Shown here piece after piece: positions 55,003-64,000 of a DNA stretch of 64,000 nt. This DNA is from Eledone cirrhosa (lineage: Eukaryota). Position 1 is the first letter of the stretch; each line of letters opens with the position of its first letter. The notes below the pieces were generated by a model. That model did no database searches and had not been told where the DNA came from. It worked only from the letters and a program-made list of their open reading frames with translations. The position numbers and the translations under genes are program-made. The stretch is taken from the NCBI GenBank assembly GCA_964016885.1, contig OZ024742.1, positions 240,002,001-240,066,000 on the forward strand. Direction: 5' to 3'.

Positions 55003-55612
55003 ATGGTGGCTGCCAACTCGTTTTCGAGTACGGCCACTACTTTATATCCATGTAGGAGAACCCCTACCGATGCGCTAAACGAGTGTGACTTTTTAGTCCA
55101 GCCAGTGACTTGAAAACTCTGGTACAAACACTACACTTGTGACAATTATTGACAGATAGTGCTGGGCCCATGGTACCATGTGACGACAAGTGCAGAGAGA
55201 TCTCCAGATATAAAGCAATGCCTGTGCCGTGAAGCTTTTATAGTGAGCAAAGGCACTGCACAAAGCCAGTCCCACTCTCTTAACCAAGATGATATTTACC
55301 AAAAAGAAGAACAAGTCAACATCATTGGATACCATCAGGGTTGCAGGTGTTATATCAGAGTTTTCCTTCTCCTAGAATTCTGCCTTGACAAAGGCTAAGG
55401 GGTCATCTCTCCCGGTGATTTTGGATGGCCATTGACTCTTAAGAGCTCCTTTGCCCTTTGACAGGTTTTGTTTTTAGTCCTGCAGGATGTCCAAAGTCAC
55501 CCTCCTCACCAAGAAGCCTTGGTGGGGTTGCCAGTTTAGTCGCCAACGACCCGACCATGAGACAGGTTGTACTGGGATACATGTTACCAGTAGCACCAAC
55601 TGGTGACCTGAC
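55003..55612 (-). mobile_element. Probable RTE-type 5'UTR fragment
   Basis: Minus-strand motif ctaggagaaggaaaactctgat resembles RTE 5'UTRs (recalled, not searched); GC-rich and flanked by TA. Confidence 0.5.
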
Positions 55613-55669
55613 AATATATATACATACATATATATATACATACATATATATATACATAATATATATATA

Positions 55670-57018
55670 GGAAGAAGCTGCCTTACACAGCTGCTACATC
55701 ACTACGACTGGGTACTGAGACAGCTACTAGACAGCTCACATGTAGACGTGATATATCTTGACTTTGCGAAGGCCTTTGACAAGGTCGACCACGGAATGAT
55801 ATGTCACAAACTACACGGACTCGGCATAACTGGAAAAGTAGGTGAGTGGCTGCATGGCTTCCTGAGGGACAGAAGCCAGGCAGTCGCAGCAAATGGGGCC
55901 CTCTCGAGGGAAACACCGATAACAAGTGGGGTGCCTCAGGGGACAGTCCTGGGACCACTACTGTTTTTGGTGGCTCTCTCGGACATGCCCTCTGTGGTGC
56001 ATGCAACAACATCCCTCACTAGCTATGCTGATGACACTAAGGTAGCACAGGCAATCAAAAACCCGGCTGACGCTGCCCTCTTACAGCAGGATCTGGATGC
56101 CATATACAGATGGGCGGAAGAAAACAACATGCAGTTTAATGCTGGCAAATTTCAAGCCCTACAATACAAACCTGCAAACACAAACACAAATATAGCGGAA
56201 CACAGCTACACAGGACCAGGAGGGACCGATATCCCCGTGTCAAAATCGATACGAGACCTGGGCATAGACATGAGCGATGATGCATCTTTTTCTTCACACA
56301 TCATGAAGGTGGCGACAGCATGTAGACGATTCGCTGGCTGGATCTTGAGGACTTTCCTTACAAGAGATCGAGACACCATGTTGACACTGTGGAGGACTTT
56401 TGTCCTAAGCCGCCTGGACTACTGCTCCCAGCTGTGGTCACCCCATAGTGTCAAACTAACCACAGAGCTTGAGGCAATCCAGCGAAGCTACACCAAGAGG
56501 ATTGCCAAGATGAGGGAGACAAGCTACTAGGAGAGGCTGAAGGAACTAAACCTCTACTCCTTGGAGCGAAGACGGGAGAGATACGCAGTGATCTACATGT
56601 GGAAAACCCTGGAGGGACTAGCACCAAACTTTGGCATTGGGAGCTGGACCAACCGTCGAACAGGACGTCACTGTGTGGTGCCAAAGGTCCCGTCTTCCAC
56701 ATCTAGAATAAGGAGCAGGTATTGCAATAGCCTGGGATTCAAGGGCCCTCAACTCTTCAACAGGCTGCCGAGGCATCTGCGAGACTTGCATGACGTGGAG
56801 GTGGATGTCTTTAAGAAACATCTCGACACCTTGTTATCCAGGATCCCGGATGAGCCCACAGCAAGACACGAGGGAAACCTAAGGGCAACAGCAACAAACT
56901 CCCTCCTACACCAGTGGCCAACCTATACAGGCTGGAGATAAAATGTGTAGCAACAAGGGCGGTGCCCCAGCATGGCCTCAGCCGGATGGCTGAAACAGGT
57001 AAAAGAGTAAAAGAGTAA
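55670..57018 (+). mobile_element. Young 5'-truncated CR1-group LINE; RT ORF 55670-56941 with a single in-frame TAG at 56528-56530
   Basis: GRSCLTQLL, YLDFAKAFDKV, SGVPQGTVLGPLLF, YADDTK, RDLG, LERRRER; tail (gtaaaaga)n. Confidence 0.93.
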
Positions 57019-57130
57019 TATGTATATATATATACATATATACATACATAATATATATATATATATGTATATATATATACATATATACATACATACATAT
57101 ATATATATATATGTATATATATATACATAT

Positions 57131-57215
<85 letters not shown>

Positions 57216-57221
57216 CATATA

Positions 57222-57261
<40 letters not shown>

Positions 57262-57262
57262 C

Positions 57263-59020
57263 ATCATCATCATCATCATCATCAACGTTTAACGTCCGTG
57301 TTCCACGCTTGCATGGGTTTGGACGGGGGTAGTCCCACTTGAGGCAAGAGTGATTGTCTTGCTCGCATAGGACTGTCTGGCAGGTTTTCTACAGTTGGAT
57401 GCCCTTCCTAACACCAACCACATTTACAGTGTGGGTCTGGGAGGTTTTTACCGTGTTGCCTACACGGCCACATTACAGCGTGGACTGTGTGTTTTTTTGT
57501 CGTGACACCTACACGATCTCATTTGTTTCGGCCTCGATGGCGCGGCACCAACATAACTTTACATAGAACGGGGTGGTGTGGATCGGGTGGGGGTGGGGGT
57601 GGTGGGACGGGGTGTATTTTGTTAGAGATGCCTACTGGCTGGAGTAGGTTTTACTATATATTTAGGTAAGGCGGGTCTTCTCTGTTACTGAGTACCGCCA
57701 AAGGTCTCGGTCCAGTGACATTGTCTTGGAGAGGTGTAAGTGTGTGATGTCGGAGTTTATCAGCTCGTCCCAGGTTTTTCTGGGTCTGCCTATTCCGTGA
57801 CTACCGTCTATCTTTATTGCCCTGCACTTTGTTATACAGCTATCGACTTTCATGCGCATCACGTGTCCATACCAACGTAGCCTTCTCTCGAGTAAACAAC
57901 ATCTGATCCCTCTTATCTCTAATTTTTTCCTTAGTTCGTTTATGCTTTGCCGTTCACGTATATTACTGTTACACATCCAGCGGAGCATGCAAGCTTCGTT
58001 CCTCTCTAGTCTGCGTATATCCTCTGCACACAATGCCCAGGTCTCACTGCCATGCAGCATTGCTGTTCGTATGCAGGCATCGTACAACCTGCCTTTCATT
58101 TTTAGTGAGAACCCTTTAGCAGCTAATAGTGGTATAAGCTCTCTGAACTTTTTCCAACCAGTTCTGACTCTAGCTACAGTACTTTCAGAGCACCCTCCCC
58201 CACTGCTGATTTTATCGCCCAGGTAACGGAAGCTGTCCACTATTTCTATAGAACCCTCTGCGCAATTGAAAGAGCTAGTAGTTTGTGGGCACTTGCTGCT
58301 ACTTATTGCACCAGAGCACCGGCCACATGTAAAATCTATGTTCTTAGTTAGCTTACCTGTGATCCCACTACATCTTTTATGCACCCATACTTTGCATTTA
58401 GGACATAAAATGGAGTTTCTACCTACGCCTTTCCTACACACCGAGCACGACCATTTCCCAGAAGGGACCGCCGCCTTGTTTTCTTTCCTACAAACTAGTA
58501 CTTTGGTCTTAGCCAGGTTAATTTTAAGTCCTTTTGACTCTAGGCCGTGCTTCCATGTTTGGAATTTCTTCTCTAGCTCGGCCATTGATTCCGCTATGAG
58601 TGTCAGGTCGTCTGCGTATAGGAGTTCCCATGGGCAGCCTGTCTTGAACTCCTCTGTTATAGCCTGAAGGGCAATAATAAATAGTAGTGGACTGAGAACA
58701 GAGCCCTGATGGACGCCGACTTTTACGCTAAACTCTTCACTATATTCGTTGTTAATTCTAACCTTGCTGACTGTTTCTTTATACATGGCTTGTATAGCCC
58801 TCACAAGCCATTCGTCAACGCCTAGTTTTCTAAGAGCCCACCAGATAATGGAGCGGGGGACTCTGTCGAAGGCTTTCTCCAAGTCGACAAAAGCTAAGTA
58901 GAGGGGTTTACCTTTAGCTAGGTACTTCTCCTGTAGTTGTCGTACTATGAAAAGAGCGTCTGTGGTACTTTTGCCTGACACAAACCCGAACTGCATTTCA
59001 TCTAGGTCAATTCTCTCTCT
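57263..59020 (-). mobile_element. Young 5'-truncated RTE LINE (copy C); uninterrupted RT ORF of about 450 aa (59020-57662) containing a PHD finger
   Basis: [41 protein letters not shown]4HC3 finger, FRYLG; 3'UTR and (GAT)n tail. Confidence 0.97.
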
Positions 59021-59110
59021 ATATATATATATACATACATATATATATACATATATATACATACATATATATATACATACATATATATATACATACATAC
59101 ATATATATAC

Positions 59111-59203
<93 letters not shown>

Positions 59204-59270
59204 CATACATACATATACATACATATATATATACATACATACATATATATACATATATATACATACATAC

Positions 59271-59307
<37 letters not shown>

Positions 59308-60049
59308 CATATATAAATATACATATATATATATATATACATATATAAATATACATATATATATACATATACATATACATATATATATACATATACATAT
59401 ATATATACATATATATATACATATATATACATATATATATACATATATATATACATATATATACATATATATATATATATACATATATATACATACATAT
59501 ATATATACATACATATATATATATACATATATATATATACATACATATATACATACATATATATATATACATATATATATACATACATATATACATACAT
59601 ATATATATACATACATATATACATACATATATATATACATATATAGACATATATATATATATATACATATATATATACATACATATATACATACATATAT
59701 ATATACATACATATATATATATATACATACATACATAGACATATATATATATACATATATATATACATACATATATACATACATATATATATACATACAT
59801 ATATATATATATACATACATACATATATATATATACATATATATATACATACATATATATATACATATATATATACATACATATATATATACATATATAT
59901 ATACATACATATATATATACATATATATATACATACATACATATATATATACATATATATATACATACATATATATATACATATATATATATACATATAT
60001 ATATATACATATATATATATACATATATATATACATACATATATATACA

Positions 60050-60090
<41 letters not shown>

Positions 60091-60109
60091 ACATATATAT
60101 ATATACATA

Positions 60110-60147
<38 letters not shown>

Positions 60148-60218
60148 CATATATATATATACATACATACATATATATATATATACATACATATATACAT
60201 ACATACATACATATATAT

Positions 60219-60257
<39 letters not shown>

Positions 60258-60973
60258 CATATATATATATACATATACATACATACATATATATATATAT
60301 ACATACATATATATATATATACATACATATACATATATATATATACATACATACATACATATATACATACATATATACATACATACATATATATGTACAT
60401 ATATACATATACATATATATCTACATATATACATATACATATATATATATAAATACATATATACATACATACATATATATGTACATATATACATATACAT
60501 ATATATGTACATATATACATATACATATATATATATATAAATACATATATACATATATATATATAAATACATATATACATATATATATATATACATATAC
60601 ATATACATATATATACATACATATATATACATATACATATATATACATATACATATATATACATATACATAGATATACATATATATACATATAAATACAT
60701 ATATATATACATATAAATACATATATATATATACATATATATTTACATATATATATATATATACATATATACACATATATAAAAATATATATATACATAT
60801 ATACACATATATATATACATATATACATATACATACATACATATACATATATACATACATATATCCATATATATATATACATATAAACATATATATAAAC
60901 ATATATATATATATATATATATACATATAAACATACATTTATATATATATACATATATATATAAACATACATT

Positions 60974-61008
<35 letters not shown>

Positions 61009-61284
61009 TTATATATATATATATATATACATACAAATATATATATATATATATACATATATATATAAACATATATATATATACATATATATATAAACAT
61101 ATATATATATACATATATATATATACATATATAAACATATATATATATATACATATATATATAAACATACATTTATATATATATATATATATATACATAC
61201 AAATATATATATATATACATATATATATAAACATACATTTATATATATATATATATACATACAAATATATATATATATATACAT

Positions 61285-61330
<46 letters not shown>

Positions 61331-61347
61331 TTATACATATATATATA

Positions 61348-61395
<48 letters not shown>

Positions 61396-61496
61396 CACAT
61401 ATATATATATATATATATACATATATATATACACATATATATATATATATATACATATATATATACATATATATATACAGATATATATATATACAC

Positions 61497-61529
<33 letters not shown>

Positions 61530-61530
61530 C

Positions 61531-61561
<31 letters not shown>

Positions 61562-61592
61562 CATATATATATACATATATATATATATACAC

Positions 61593-61625
<33 letters not shown>

Positions 61626-61626
61626 C

Positions 61627-61657
<31 letters not shown>

Positions 61658-61760
61658 CATATATATATACATATATATATACAGATATATATATATATAT
61701 ATACACATATATATACATATATATATACAGATATATATATATATACACATATATATACAC

Positions 61761-61792
<32 letters not shown>

Positions 61793-61992
61793 TTATATAT
61801 ACATACACATATATGTATACATATATATGGAACATGGACGCTCAACGATGATGATGATGATGATGATGATGATACAATCATATATATATACATATATATA
61901 TATACATATATACATATATATATCCATATATATATATATATACATATATATATACACATATAGATATATATATACACATATGTATATGTATA
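59021..61992. repeat. About 3-kb degenerate (TA)n/(TACA)n tract
   Basis: Directly visible in the sequence. Confidence 0.97.
61828..61872 (+). mobile_element. Tail-only RTE insertion
   Basis: ggaacatggacgctcaac(gat)n lies inside the TA tract. Confidence 0.75.
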
Positions 61993-63569
61993 CATCATCA
62001 TCATCATCATCATCAACGTTTAACGTCCGTGTTCCACGCTTGCATGGGTTTGGACGGGGGTAGTCCCACTTGAGGCAAGAGTGATTGTCTTGCTCGCATA
62101 GGATTGTCTGGCAGGTTTTCTACAGTTGGATGCCCTTCCTAACACCAACCACATTTACAGTGTGGGTCTGGGAGGTTTTTACCGTGTTGCCTACACGGCC
62201 ACATTACAGCGTGGACTGTGTGTTTTTTTGTCGTGACACCTACACGATCTCATTTGTTTCGGCCCGGATGGCGCGGCACCAACATAACTTTACATAGGAC
62301 GGGGTGGTGTGGATGGGGTGGGGGTGGTGGGGCGGGGTGTATTTTGTTAGAGATGCCTACTGGCAAGGCGGGTCTTCTCTGTTACTGAGTACCGCCAAAG
62401 GTCACGGTCCAGTGACATTGTCTTGGAGAGGTGTAAGTGTGTGAGGTCGGAGTTTATCAGCTCGTCCCAGGTTTTTCTAGGTCTGCCTATTCCGTGGCTA
62501 CCGTCTATCTTTATTGCCCTGCACTTTGTTATACAGCTATCGACTTTCATGCGCATCACGTGTCCATACCAACGTAGCCTTCTCTCGAGTAAACAACATC
62601 TGATCCCTCTTATCTCTAATTTTTTCCTTAGTTCGTTTATGGTTTGCCGTTCACGTATATTACTGTTACACATCCAGCGGAGCATGCAAGCTTCGTTCCT
62701 CTCTAGTCTGCGTATATCCTCTGCACACAATGCCCAGGTCTCACTGCCATGCAACATTGCTGTTCGTATGCAGGCATCGTACAACCTGCCTTTCATTTTT
62801 AGGGAGAACCCTTTAGCAGCTAATAGTGGTATAAGCTCTCTGAACTTTTTCCAACCAGTTCTGACTCTAGCTACAGTACTTTCAGAGCACCCTCCCCCAC
62901 TGCTGATTTTATCGCCCAGGTAACGGAAGCTGTCCACTATTTCTATAGAACCCTCTGCGCAATTGAAAGAGCTAGTATTGTGTGGGCACTTGCTGCTACT
63001 TATTGCACCAGAACACCGGCCACATGTAAAATCTATGTTCTTAGTTAGCTTACCTGTGATCCCACTACATCTTTTATGCACCCATACTTTGCATTTAGGA
63101 CACAAAATGGAGTTTCTACCTACGCCTTTCCTACACACCGAGCACGACCATTTCCCAGAAGGGACCGCCGCCTTGTTTTCTTTCCTACAAACTAGAACTT
63201 TGGTCTTAGCCAGGTTAATTTTAAGTCCTTTTGACTCTAGGCCGTGCTTCCATGTTTGGAATTTCTTCTCTAGCTCGGCCATTGATTCCGCTATGAGTGT
63301 CAGGTCGTCTGCGTATAGGAGTTCCCATGGGCAGCCTGTCTTGAACTCCTCTGTTATAGCCTGAAGGGCAATAATAAATAGTAGGGGGCTGAGAACAGAG
63401 CCCTGATGGACGCCAACTTTTACGCTAAACTCTTCACTATATTCGTTGTTAATTCTAACCTTGCTGACTGTTTCTTTATACATGGCTTGTATAGCCCTCA
63501 CAAGCCATTCGTCAACGCCTAGTTTTCTAAGAGCCCACCAGATAATGGAGCGGGAGACTCTGTCGAAGG
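61993..63569 (-). mobile_element. Young 5'-truncated RTE LINE (copy D); open ORF 63568-62347
   Basis: Near-identical to copy C; a 28-bp deletion removes the normal stop codon. Confidence 0.97.
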
Positions 63570-63696
63570 TATGTATGTATATACATATATATATGTATGT
63601 ATATATATATATGTATATGTATATATGTATATATATATATGTATGCATATATATACATACATATATACATATATATATATACATACATATATACAT

Positions 63697-63863
63697 ATGA
63701 AATGCAGTTTGGGTTTGTGTCAGGCAAAAGTACCACAGACGCTCTTTTCATTGTACGACTACAGGAGAAGTACCTAGCTAAAAGTAAACCCCTATACTTA
63801 GCCTTTGTCGACTTGGAGAAAGCCTTCGACAGAGTGCCCCGTTCCATTATCTGGTGGGCTCTT
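63697..63863 (+). mobile_element. Inverted RTE RT fragment (EMQFGF...IIWWAL)
   Basis: Plus-strand copy of the segment just upstream of, and overlapping, the 5' end of copy D; TA tracts on both sides. Confidence 0.9.
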
Positions 63864-63967
63864 ATATACATATATACATATATATATATACATATATACA
63901 TATACATATATATATATACATATATACATATATATATACATATATACATATATATATACATATATAC

Positions 63968-63998
<31 letters not shown>

Positions 63999-64000
63999 CA

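Noticed and set aside
59021-61992. Very long Y/I/M/C-rich ORFs, including the N-terminal half of the 1024-aa ORF
   Set aside because: Stop-free translation of TA/TACA microsatellites; only the RTE portion is real coding sequence.

Overview
AT-rich, repeat-dominated eukaryotic (animal) DNA. The repeat content (RTE LINEs with (GAT)n tails, tRNA-derived SINEs, very long TA/CA/CATA microsatellites) suggests a mollusc, probably an octopus-like cephalopod; this is an inference. No host protein-coding gene can be supported, and most long ORFs in the track are microsatellite read-through. The identifiable content is: young and old RTE LINEs of two lineages, one CR1-group LINE, a Penelope-like RT/GIY-YIG fragment, a CRE-type endonuclease fragment, an Hsmar2-like mariner, a maT/Tc1-like 5' end, a Buster/Charlie hAT fossil, three TTAA-flanked piggyBac-like MITE families, a Tigger-like MITE, several SINE families and a 32/42-bp minisatellite. 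The most interesting signal is one RTE lineage that combines four traits. It carries a C4HC3 PHD-type finger inside its reverse transcriptase, it is found almost only inside (TA)n microsatellites, it has gained an extra 3'UTR module in young copies, and it is accompanied by inverted duplications at its junctions. Also notable are a hammerhead ribozyme motif with a roughly 100-nt stem II inside a TA array and several pre-miRNA-like hairpins whose differences are biased toward G-U pairs.
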